Source: Paramoeba atlantica (Eukaryota > Protista > Discosea). Taken from it: 64,000 bases of DNA. Where the stretch lies: contig CDRNVI010000043.1 of assembly GCA_977017575.1 (NCBI GenBank), positions 434,001 to 498,000 of the forward strand, read 5' to 3'. A program made the position numbers and the translations under genes. Positions 33,350-42,835 of the stretch are shown here, piece after piece (within the stretch, counting starts at the first letter, position 1; every line of letters begins with the position of its first letter). The notes below the pieces were generated by a model. It saw nothing but the letters and a program-made list of their open reading frames with translations, did not search any database and had not been told where the DNA came from.

Positions 33350-34672
33350 CTACCTATTAATATTCGTTAGGAAGGAAATCTGTATTTTTGCACGCTCCTC
33401 CAAGAAACCATGATACAAATCAAGATACCCTTCATAATGCTCCGAAAGAAGAGCCCCCGACCACCCATACAAACCATCCCCTCCTTCCTGCGCTCTTCTC
33501 CTTCCACCCTCCCCACTCCCCCCCATCCCCGTCTCCGCCTCCTCCCTTGCACTACTCGGCAGCGACCAAAACGCGTTCTCCTCCACAAACCCCGAACCCA
33601 CCCCACCCCTTCCCCCCTCCCTCCCCACCTCCCTCTCTAGAAACCCTTTCCCTCCCCCGCTCCTCCGCACCCTTCCCTGGGACTCCGCACGTCCTCCCCG
33701 TGAACCCCCCTCCCCCTCCCCCTGTTCCCCCACCCCTCCCGTTCCCCCACGGCGCCTACGGGAGCACACCGTGGGGTCGTGGTACCGCGGGGGGTGACGA
33801 CCACCACCACGGCCAACACGACGGTTCCCCGGGGTCGCACTCGCGTCCCGGTCCCGCATGGAGTCCCCGAGCGGGGGGCGGGGCTCGGGGGAGCCGCACG
33901 GTCCCCGGACACTGTAGGTGTGGCGACCGGGGGGGAGGGGGGGATGCGACCCGACGAGTCCCGTACGACTCCCGGTACTCCGGGCGTTTGAAAGGGGTGG
34001 GGTCGGGTCGAGGGGTCCGGGGGGAGGGGGACTGCCGGGTTTGAGGTCCGACGGGCGGGGGTAGGTGAAACGGGAACGAGGTCCCGGGAAGGTACGGGTG
34101 AGGGGGTCGGGGAGGGGAGGGGAGGGGTGGGGGTAGGGGTAGGGGTAGAGGAGGGGGGAGATGGAGCGTGGGGGGAGGCTGGGGTGTCGGGGAAAAGGGG
34201 GGGAGGGGGTATGTGTAGGGGAGGGGAAAGGGGGGGAGGAGAGGGGGTTGGGTGTGGGTAGGGTGTGGTGGTGGTGTCGTCTTGTGGGGTCAGGGGAAGG
34301 GGTTTGAAGGAGTAGAGTATCGAGTTTGTGCATCATGGTGGTAAATTTGTTTTCAAGAGAGTCAAGGCGCTGATTTAAGGTAACGGTCTGGGGTCCTTGA
34401 CCACGGACACTACTCGCCTCGGCCCCATTCCGCGCGCTGAGGTGCGTGTCTGTGGTGTTCCGCGTGTGGACTTGATTCAGAGGAATGTGCGAAGCAACCA
34501 AAGGCTTTTGCTCACTCAGCACGAGAGAAGCACTCTTTGTGTCTAATATTTCTTCTCTGGCTACATCAGAATGTACAACAGTTCGCATTGATACATTGCG
34601 CGTATGTTGAGGGAAAGCTTCCCGCAAAGTTCTTAGATTACGTTCTTTTACAGATGACGCATCGTCAGACAT
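33350..34672 (-). CDS. Hypothetical protein with Pro-rich then Gly/Glu-rich low-complexity middle
   Basis: 440-aa ORF; normal-composition termini, coiled coil LNQRLDSLENKF. Confidence 0.6.
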   Translation of the reverse strand: MSDDASSVKERNLRTLREAFPQHTRNVSMRTVVHSDVAREEILDTKSASLVLSEQKPLVASHIPLNQVHTRNTTDTHLSARNGAEASSVRGQGPQTVTLNQRLDSLENKFTTMMHKLDTLLLQTPSPDPTRRHHHHTLPTPNPLSSPPFPSPTHTPSPPFPRHPSLPPRSISPLLYPYPYPHPSPPLPDPLTRTFPGPRSRFTYPRPSDLKPGSPPPPGPLDPTPPLSNARSTGSRTGLVGSHPPLPPGRHTYSVRGPCGSPEPRPPLGDSMRDRDASATPGNRRVGRGGGRHPPRYHDPTVCSRRRRGGTGGVGEQGEGEGGSRGGRAESQGRVRRSGGGKGFLEREVGREGGRGGVGSGFVEENAFWSLPSSAREEAETGMGGSGEGGRRRAQEGGDGLYGWSGALLSEHYEGYLDLYHGFLEERAKIQISFLTNINR

Positions 34673-34778
34673 GAGATAAGAAGAAATATTCGTACTTTCT
34701 AAAAATCAATGTAGTAGCATTATTCATGCTTGAACTGAGTTATTCTATTAAAATAATTTTGCCGTGGTTGTATAACTA

Positions 34779-35078
34779 CACCCCCTTTCATTAATAATGA
34801 TAATTGGAAAAACATTTTCACCTCGGACTGTTAAAATTACTCAAAAAATGATCAAAAACATTTCATTCCATCGTTACTCCTCCATGTCACCTCGAGGTTT
34901 TTTCCATCATCTCTTTAATCTTGTCTTGTTTTTTCCCTTCGTAGACAAAGAATCATCCTACACAGATGTATGTTTGTTTCTGATCACCCCTTATTGCGTT
35001 CGTAAATAACGATAATGATAATAATAATAATCTCAGAAAAATTATTATTATCATTATCGTTATTTATGAGAGGGGGTG
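34779..35078. mobile_element. 300-bp MITE, TA TSD, internal 26-bp perfect hairpin (35003-35066)
   Basis: ta|caccccctttcattaataatgataat ... attatcgttatttatgagagggggtg|ta. Confidence 0.8.
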
Positions 35079-35677
35079 TACCGCTCTACCCTCGATTAGT
35101 GAAAAAAAAGTGAACAAAAACGGTGAAAATATGAAGAGAAACACAGTAATATAATAGAAGAAAAAAATATAAAAGCGGGCCCCGGTGGTCCAAAACTAAA
35201 AAAAAAATTGAAAAAAACGGGGGTCTAGGGGGGGGTCCATGAGGGGGGGGCATACGTCGCTATTTTTTTTTGGCATTTTTTGTTTTCCAAAATCGAGCGC
35301 AGGGAAGTGGTAGAGTAGGCCGCGGCGATGACTTTCCACCCCCCCCCCACCTGGGGGTACCCCCCCTGGTACGCGCAGGAGGGATCCGACAAGGTGAAAA
35401 TTTCCGAAATTTTTGGGATGACAAAAAAAAAATTGACCCAAAGAAAAGAAAAATATTTTTTTTCCAAAATCGACTCCTAAAACGTATTTTAAGAGTTTTG
35501 GACCTCAGCTACCATTTTACAAAGTTTTTTTCCACAGATTCGCCTCCCACCACTACTGGCAAGGCATCAAAGACGGCCCAAATTTGGATTAAGATTTCAC
35601 AATTTTTGGCGGAAGATCGCGCTTTTTCACCCAAAAAACTAGATTATTCATGATCTTTTGGCGATTTTTCTTTTTTA

Positions 35678-35772
35678 GGCTCTTCGTTAAACGCGGTGGT
35701 AGTTTTCAACGTGAAGCGCGCATCATGGATGACTTCTAAGTTGAAAACAACTACCGCGTTTAACGAAGAGAC
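35678..35772. mobile_element. Hairpin MITE copy 2 (family of 9063-9151)
   Basis: Same TIRs and same tctttttta / taaaaaagata flanks. Confidence 0.75.
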
Positions 35773-35893
35773 TAAAAAAGATATTCATACTTGACCGAAC
35801 ATAAAATATACGCGGTGGAAGAGATGAACTAGTAGAACCATACTTCGACCGAAAGTGGCAAAAGTGTAAATTACCCCCCCACCACCTGAAAAC

Positions 35894-36667
35894 TTACAAC
35901 ATGACATTGGCCGGTGTGACATGCGGTATGGTTCCGTTAATTTTATTGTGTCTGAGATCCAAACTCCACAATGGTGAAGGCAATTCGCGCACATCAACAA
36001 CGCCTTCGAATTTGTTGTTGTGTAATGAAAGAATTGCGAGGTTCTTGGGCAGGTGCTTCAGTATCAGCTCGCCAGAAAACTGATTACGATGTGCTTGAAA
36101 TTCTAAGAGTTCTGGCGGGAGACACTGCAACGTGAGTACCCCACAAAGTAGATTATTGCTCACGTTAATCGCTTTCAAAAGGGGTGGAAATGCGTCAGCG
36201 TCTATACTTCCTGTAAATTCGTTAGCAGAAACGCTGAAAAGTGACAATGTTTGGGGTAGATTCCCACAGCTAATATTTCCTTGAAAGGAATTGCTTCTAC
36301 AATAAAATGTAGACAGGACACGCGGAAGCACCTCCCACTCCACGATTCCACTAAAACGATTGCCCTGTATGTCAATGACCTCCACCGTATCCGGCAGATA
36401 TTGCCACAAGAGAGGTCCAGCAAAACCGATAAGAATCCATTGAATAGATTGTACTAATCTATGCTTCGTACATAAAACTCCTTTCCAAGAACAAGCGTCG
36501 ATATCTGTATTCCAGGACTCGTGCGGGTTTTCAATTTTATGTGTAAATCTTGCCAAATCGTACTCAGTAGGAAGCGTTGCACCTCGCAACCGTCCCACTC
36601 TGCTACTGTTTTCCATTATAGGGGGCAGACCTTTCAAAGTAAAAATCCAGACTATCAAAAGCCACAT
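35894..36667 (-). CDS. Leucine-rich repeat protein (family member 1)
   Basis: ACSWKGVLC cap; LPxxLxxLxLxxNxFxG repeats. Confidence 0.85.
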   Translation of the reverse strand: MWLLIVWIFTLKGLPPIMENSSRVGRLRGATLPTEYDLARFTHKIENPHESWNTDIDACSWKGVLCTKHRLVQSIQWILIGFAGPLLWQYLPDTVEVIDIQGNRFSGIVEWEVLPRVLSTFYCRSNSFQGNISCGNLPQTLSLFSVSANEFTGSIDADAFPPLLKAINVSNNLLCGVLTLQCLPPELLEFQAHRNQFSGELILKHLPKNLAILSLHNNKFEGVVDVRELPSPLWSLDLRHNKINGTIPHVTPANVML

Positions 36668-36810
36668 GAGTTCAAATTAATCCTATATCACCATATTTCG
36701 AAATGATCTACATGTGCACAGTATAAATTCTATTTTACATACTGTAAAATGCTAGCAGAGCAGAAAAACTTCGAATCAGATGCTCTGCGTCTGGAACTTC
36801 AGCAACCTAT

Positions 36811-38541
36811 TCACAAAGGACAAGAACAGCCCATCATGCAATGACGAATGATGGCGCGCATGTACGCGTCCATGAAATGGTCTAGAGGTGTGATCTCCGA
36901 TACCTTTTGTGACAATGATTGGAAAACTTCTTCCGAATCCGATGTAGTATGATACGGTATACCGGAGATCGAAAGCAAATGAAATGTGCCAAAAAATTCA
37001 AAAGACCTCATCAAAGGAGCCATCTCAGGGATCAATAACTCTTGCGGCGTGGCACTTGAGACTCGTCGACAGCGTGCTGGAGAGCTTCTCGTACTCCCAG
37101 CGGGACTGACATCGTTTGAGTCATTTAGGACAGAGTCAGAAATTAGTGAATATGTCACGCGCTTGTGTTTTTCCAGATCACTCCAAAACCACGTTGACAC
37201 TTTGCGGCGAGCTTCCTCCGCGGCTCCTACAATAGTTTCTCGAGCATTGTCGATCGCATTTAACGTGTCCCGAATCAGTTGCCTAGGAGTGTTGTGTCCC
37301 ATGGCGATTCGTGGAAATAAGTCCCCACGGTAGACAAAATGGTGAAAATAGCATGACGCGTTCATAGACTTCACATAGTCACGGAGCCTGTGGTTTCCGA
37401 TCATGGGTGTTCCTGCAGTGACACAGTACAGTTTACCGTAGAGCTCATCAAAATGACGGGAGAGAAGGTGAACCGTCGCCAAGGCAGCGATTGCACCGCC
37501 CAGTGAGTGTCCACAGTAAACTACGGTAAAACCGTCGCGTGCCCAATCGAGTACTTCGGGAATCACCACACGATTGGCTTCGGCCAGGAATCCGCTGTGC
37601 ACTTTGTACCGAGGACGCAGACTTATGCTGTGACAAACCCCAGGGGTGTCTCCTACACAAGGCCTTGCCATACGAACATGCGCCCGACTGATTTGCATAT
37701 CTGTCAGACCCGTGCGTGCGTCATGGGTTCCTGGAAACGCAACATAACGAATACGACCCGGTGACTCAAACACAGAGTAACGTTGACTCGTAGAAATCAC
37801 CCGGAGTTTTGTGGAGGCGGGAAGAGCATGGTGAAGGAGGCATAGCTCTGGGTAGCGCGGGTACTCGTAGCACATGCCGGCACAGATGAGAGATAACGTA
37901 AGAATGCGGTTTACCTTCGGATCTGGAACCAAATTTGCGGTATACAACGTCGGTGGGGGAGTGCGCAGCCGGACATGTGTGTCATTTGAGGTCCCTGTAA
38001 TCGACCTTGAAAGCTTCTTCATTTTCCACCAGGGCTCATTTTCTTCGTACGGTACATCTACGACCCGGTCATCATAGGGTGTGAGTGGGATCGTCGGGAG
38101 GAGGCACTCAGGACATGTCGCAGAGTACGAAAGCGAGGGACAAAGTTCTCGTTGCACACAGCATTTTCCTGCGTCACATACTTCCAACAGAAGCAATAAT
38201 CCACTTTGAGGTGTATCACACAGAGCATGATCGTACATGAGCAGACGCGAGAGACTTTCTCGCATTGCACACCGATCGCAGACATGGGCCGGACTGGCAG
38301 TGATGCCAAGAGAGGTGTACCTAGCGCGAGAGCGACAAGCCGCACACACGGCTTTCATACATCGGGCACAGTGATTTCTTTGTCGATAACTTCGTGTGCA
38401 GACGCTGCAAGATAAGCAAGTACAGCGTCCGACGGTATTGAGACACGTATTGCATTGCATTCTCGTCATGTCGCGCTGCGGAGAACGGGAACCAAGTGAA
38501 AGAAGATCCATTTTCCGTACAGCATAAAATAAATTTCCCAT
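36811..38541 (-). CDS. FYVE-like zinc finger plus class 3 lipase
   Basis: RNHCARCMKAVCAAC, HVCDRC; VAFPGT, VHSGF, GHSLGG, DH motifs. Confidence 0.85.
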   Translation of the reverse strand: MGNLFYAVRKMDLLSLGSRSPQRDMTRMQCNTCLNTVGRCTCLSCSVCTRSYRQRNHCARCMKAVCAACRSRARYTSLGITASPAHVCDRCAMRESLSRLLMYDHALCDTPQSGLLLLLEVCDAGKCCVQRELCPSLSYSATCPECLLPTIPLTPYDDRVVDVPYEENEPWWKMKKLSRSITGTSNDTHVRLRTPPPTLYTANLVPDPKVNRILTLSLICAGMCYEYPRYPELCLLHHALPASTKLRVISTSQRYSVFESPGRIRYVAFPGTHDARTGLTDMQISRAHVRMARPCVGDTPGVCHSISLRPRYKVHSGFLAEANRVVIPEVLDWARDGFTVVYCGHSLGGAIAALATVHLLSRHFDELYGKLYCVTAGTPMIGNHRLRDYVKSMNASCYFHHFVYRGDLFPRIAMGHNTPRQLIRDTLNAIDNARETIVGAAEEARRKVSTWFWSDLEKHKRVTYSLISDSVLNDSNDVSPAGSTRSSPARCRRVSSATPQELLIPEMAPLMRSFEFFGTFHLLSISGIPYHTTSDSEEVFQSLSQKVSEITPLDHFMDAYMRAIIRHCMMGCSCPL

Positions 38542-38870
38542 AAAACCAACTTTACGAACGGTAATGTTTCAAAGTCAAACCTTGGCCCCTACAGGGTAAC
38601 ATTCTAAAATGAAATCATTAGAAATAAAGAGACGCATTCCAGCGAATCTTAGCTTATCTACCACTGTTGTGATCCGGACGAAAAAAAATATTTCAGAATC
38701 TCAACGGTAAGGTAATTCTTAAAGATATTACCATCTCCGTTGTGATCGACAATATATCTGTAACTGCAGAAATTCAAAGCTCATTACTGTGTCTACCTTT
38801 TGTAGCATCATACGAATGCGAAAAAAAGAAGTACTCTTTCGAAGAACATCTTGCAAAATACATCTCCCCA

Positions 38871-39845
38871 CTATCGTCGTTTCTTCAGAAAATCAAAAAT
38901 CCTCTCCCACACCCGTCGCGCGACCAGCAACGTCTTATGCTGCGTCGTCGGCGAATCCCGTGGAATCCGCATAATCGCCACATTCCACATCGTCACCGCA
39001 GCCTCCACCTTTTCCTCCTCAAAACACAAATGAAACCCCAGCACACGGCTGAGGATCTCCGCCACACTCAGCTCCCCCCCTTCCCCCTCCTTGGGGAACC
39101 ACCCCGTAAACTGCCACGTCCTCCCCGAGACGAAGCACGCGGCCACGCTCCCCCAGTCCCCCACCTCCCGGGGGTGGTCCACCACGACGAACGGCCCGGG
39201 GCCCGGGACCCCCATCACGTGGGCGGGGCTCACCGCGACCGCAGGGGGGCGGGCCGCGAACCCCGGGGTCGAGGGGGGGGCGTAGTGCCCGCGGGAGAGG
39301 AAGCCGTGGATGTTGGTGAGATTCAGCGCGGTGGTGGTGGAGGGGGGGACGAGCAGTGTGATGGGGGGAGGGGAGGGGAGGGGCCGGGGGGGGTGGGGGA
39401 GCGCTCGTGAAGAAGTCAGTTGTAAAGAAACCGGTTGTGAAGAAGTAGGCTGTGAAGAAGAGGTCCTGGAGAGCGTAAGCTTATCTCCGGTGGTGGAAGC
39501 GGGAGTGGTGAGAATAGATATTGTGTTTTTTCCATGGGTGAGGGTTTCTTGTGGGGCTTCTTGTGTTGGTGAGTGGGTTGTGGGCTTGGTGTGTAGGCTT
39601 TGTTCAAGACGTTCCATAGCGTCGTCGACGAGTTGAAGGATTTGTTTTGCGGGTCCAAGGTGGGCCTCGGTGGCGTTTTCGGGGGAGTGTGTCATGGCAT
39701 AGAGCGGGTCTTTTACGAAGAAGGGTTTTTCGGATGCGGCCAAGCGGTCCGTTGCGGCTTGTTTTAAGGACGGCGTCAAGGTTTGACGACCGAGCACAAC
39801 CTCGCGCCATTCCTGATAAAACGCATCGTCTGTAGAAGGTATCAT
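38871..39845 (-). CDS. CDC73: Paf1 complex subunit CDC73/parafibromin
   Basis: C-domain FVVVDHP..DWGSVAACFVSGRTWQFTGW..GFHL..WNV..VWERI. Confidence 0.85.
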   Translation of the reverse strand: MIPSTDDAFYQEWREVVLGRQTLTPSLKQAATDRLAASEKPFFVKDPLYAMTHSPENATEAHLGPAKQILQLVDDAMERLEQSLHTKPTTHSPTQEAPQETLTHGKNTISILTTPASTTGDKLTLSRTSSSQPTSSQPVSLQLTSSRALPHPPRPLPSPPPITLLVPPSTTTALNLTNIHGFLSRGHYAPPSTPGFAARPPAVAVSPAHVMGVPGPGPFVVVDHPREVGDWGSVAACFVSGRTWQFTGWFPKEGEGGELSVAEILSRVLGFHLCFEEEKVEAAVTMWNVAIMRIPRDSPTTQHKTLLVARRVWERIFDFLKKRR

Positions 39846-40130
39846 GAATAAGAAATAGGAAATCGAACAAATGTCTTCTAAGTGTGCTATGAAAAACTGA
39901 TTGCTTGTTCAAGCGACATAATAAGTTCGTTAGAACAACAGAATGTTTTCTACTTTATACACTTTTAAGCTTTTGAAACAGGTGGTAGTAATAAATGGAG
40001 CCGACTGAACTGATTTACTATTCTAGTATTTTTATAATAAAATGAATCAATAATTCTTCCAACTTCGTTAGCTTATCCTTTAAAATGATCGTCTGCACCG
40101 CGGGCTTCAGTGCGGTCTTACGCTCCGAGA

Positions 40131-40616
40131 TTACTGTAGCATTTTTTGTGTGGTTGGCGAAACGTTCTTTCCCAATACTTTCATAGCGATGCGGTCGCAG
40201 TCTTGACGGGCATTTTTAGTGATAACGCGGCCCCCATCATCGGACTTTGCGAGTAACTTCAGCTTCTCCAGACTGTGCAACACGTGGCGAATCACACCAC
40301 CTGAGGCTTTCCGGAAGTGCAACGGTCTGGATTGGCCCCATGTGTTGCCGAACACTTTACGCAAGCCACCAATGCCAGTGAAGGGGCGGATGTACACACG
40401 GCGAAGTATGGCTGCCGCCTTGACGTAGAACCAGTCAGGGTCTTGAGGGGGGAGAATGCGCGACGTACCGGTCTTTGCGTAGTCTACGAAATCCGGAATA
40501 TCCAGCTGTCCTTGCGCCTTAAGGTGGTCAGCGAAAGCCTTGATCCACAGACTCGCTTCTACATCCTTGATTCCCACGCCTCCACGTCGACGAGTGGTGC
40601 GAATGTTCTTCACCAT
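40131..40616 (-). CDS. RPS19: 40S ribosomal protein S19 (eS19)
   Basis: VDYAKTG, PPQDPDWFYVKAAAILRRVY, SGGVIRHVLHSLE. Confidence 0.97.
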   Translation of the reverse strand: MVKNIRTTRRRGGVGIKDVEASLWIKAFADHLKAQGQLDIPDFVDYAKTGTSRILPPQDPDWFYVKAAAILRRVYIRPFTGIGGLRKVFGNTWGQSRPLHFRKASGGVIRHVLHSLEKLKLLAKSDDGGRVITKNARQDCDRIAMKVLGKNVSPTTQKMLQ

Positions 40617-41684
40617 GAATATCCTTCTTTGTTTAAAGTAAAATGTTCTTTGTCAAGTCTAAAAGATTGAACAATGAAAGTTTGCACAAACATGGACATT
40701 TCACTAATTTAAGGGCTGCATGCATTATACGTAGTGAAACCACGTATGATAACATAACAAAAAATATGCAATTCAACTACTAGTAATACTAACTAAGTAC
40801 TAGTAATAGAATAACATGTGGTTCCTTTTTTTAAAAGGTGGTTCACTCATTAACACACCTACATGTATTTCGGTGTGTTAATAAGCGAAATGTGCTAATA
40901 CGTTCATCTCATAGCAGCAGTAATAATTTTTGTAATAGAAATTATTAATAATTTTTATTATTATAAGAAGGTGAATTATTAATAATTATTATGAGGACTT
41001 CTTTAGCCCTCATGGGGCGTATAGTAAGCGTACACATGTGTACATCTGGATATTTCAGAAGAGATTCTCGTCTCCCATTTTGTATGTCAAGCCCATTCGA
41101 TACAGTAGCAAATGATATTCCAGGTTTAACCACGTTAATAAAATTCGTTTAAAAAGGGAAAAACGAGGACAATGATAGGAAAGCATAGAAAAAAAACTTT
41201 GTAAACGAAAAAAATCGAAAACGAAGGTAAGATTCAAAAGAGGTGTACTATTTTGAAATCGCGGTATTACAAAGGTAAATAATTATACGACTCAATGTTA
41301 TGGTCATTGCTTGAGAATTTTAAAGCCCACTGCTGAAAATGCAGAAACAGTTTTTGATTGACTCTCACTGCCAACGTCTAACGTAGCTAAAGAGTTTCTC
41401 TTTTTTTTCGAAAGTCTGTGTGAACGATGCGGATATCCTCGTTCTGCACTACCGCCCTACTTCCTACTTTTAGATTGTCCAAGGAAATACCAGCGAAGTG
41501 TAACTTTTTTTTTTTTTTTTTTTTTTTTTGCAGCAGATCTGTATGTCACGTAAAACGAGCAGCCGAAGAACTAGACGCAACCTGGCACATCTCTTTTTTT
41601 TTTATTTTTTTTATTTTTAAAGATTATATTTTTCTTTATTTAAATCTTTTTCCTCTTTTTAACAACTATATAAAAACTAGCAAA

Positions 41685-41750
41685 CCAACTTTCCCACTTC
41701 CCAACCTTCCCACTTCCCAACTTTCCCACTTCCCAACTTTCCCACTTCCC
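41685..41750. repeat. 4 x 16-bp tandem (ccaactttcccacttc); GGG-run array on minus strand
   Basis: Read directly; 8 GGG runs. Confidence 0.9.
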
Positions 41751-41994
41751 CTTACCGAACTTCCACCTTTCCAGGGAGGGTAAGGTCTCCCTCTGCCTCG
41801 CCTCGCACCTACGCCACAAGAGGGTTTTTGATGATAAAGAAGGGGGGAGGCGAGGTCTTCTCCAATCCATTCGCGCTCCCATCTTCCTCGTGCATGTTCC
41901 GAACCGGGTCTTTTTTTTTTTTTTTTTAAATAAGACACAGTAAAAATAAAAACAAGCAATCCAGACCCAATCCATTCGCGCATTTTTTTTTTTT

Positions 41995-42390
41995 GCAGTT
42001 AATAAGGGGGGAGAAGTATGAATCGCGGCATTGCCTCTATATTTTGACCCAGTAGACGAACCAAGTAGGTCCATTGGGGGGGAATACGAGTTGAAAACAA
42101 GTAAATTTTTTTTTTTTTATATGATTTTAAAACAAGCAATCAAATTAGCAATTTCATATTTTGGAGCCCAAAACTAGCAATTCGATCTCCCGTAAGTATA
42201 AGAACATTAAAAACAATAACAATAAAAACAAGCAATATATGCCCAATCCATTCGCGCGTTCCGGACCGGGTCTTTCGACCTCTCCACGGCCTGACTTGTG
42301 AACCCTTCCCTTGTTATATGGGAGGGCGCAGGCGCGGGCCTGTGTCGACAGCGACACGGTCGCGAAACAGGATGCTGGCCGACGGGGAGG

Positions 42391-42393
<3 letters not shown>
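41995..42393 (-). repeat. About 400-bp poly(A)-tailed structured repeat unit, longest copy (SINE-like or small-RNA-like)
   Basis: Near-identical blocks 42242-42368 vs 42664-42790 and 41995-42090 vs 42422-42520; T-run 41983-41994 on plus strand. Confidence 0.7.
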
Positions 42394-42421
<28 letters not shown>

Positions 42422-42790
42422 GCAATTAATAAGGGGGGAGAAGTATGAATCGCGGCATTGCCTCTATATTTTGACCCAGTAGACGAACCAAGTAGGTCCA
42501 TTGGGGGGGGTATACGAGTTAAAAACAAGCAATCAAATTAGCAATTCTTTTTGTTTCCACAGAGGTACCTTTTGTTTTTTCTCAGCCCAAAACTAGCAAT
42601 TTAATCTCCCCTAAGTATATACTACAAACAAGAAACAGTAAAAACTAAAACAAGCAATACAGACCCAATCCATTCGCGCGTTCCGGACCGGGTCTTTCGA
42701 CCACTCCACGGCCTGACTTGTGAACCCTTCCCTTGCTATATGGGAGGGCGCAGGCGCGGGCCTGTGTCGACAGCGACACGGTCACGAAAC
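42422..42790 (-). repeat. Second copy of the structured repeat, cut by the retrotransposon poly(A) tail
   Basis: Lacks the terminal 25 nt (aggatgctggccgacggggaggaga) present in copy 1; T28 run at 42394-42421. Confidence 0.7.
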
Positions 42791-42835
42791 TTTTTTTTTT
42801 TTTTTTTTTTTTTCCTTCCTAATCCCATCGCCCAG

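Noticed and set aside
35187-35506. Additional TIR element bounded by ggtccaaaact / agttttggacc
   Set aside because: Only 11 bp of inverted match and no TSD; probably TE debris but unsupported.
42240-42393. HDV-like or hammerhead ribozyme in the structured repeat (GCGAATGG resembles HDV J4/2; CGAAAC resembles the hammerhead core)
   Set aside because: Could not build P1/P2/P3/L3 pairings, and no CUGANGA is present. Left open for a descriptor search only.
41995-42790. Spliced-leader RNA, 5S, 7SL, tRNA or U snRNA gene
   Set aside because: No recognisable SL exon, Sm site, tRNA cloverleaf or SRP helix-8 motif on either strand.
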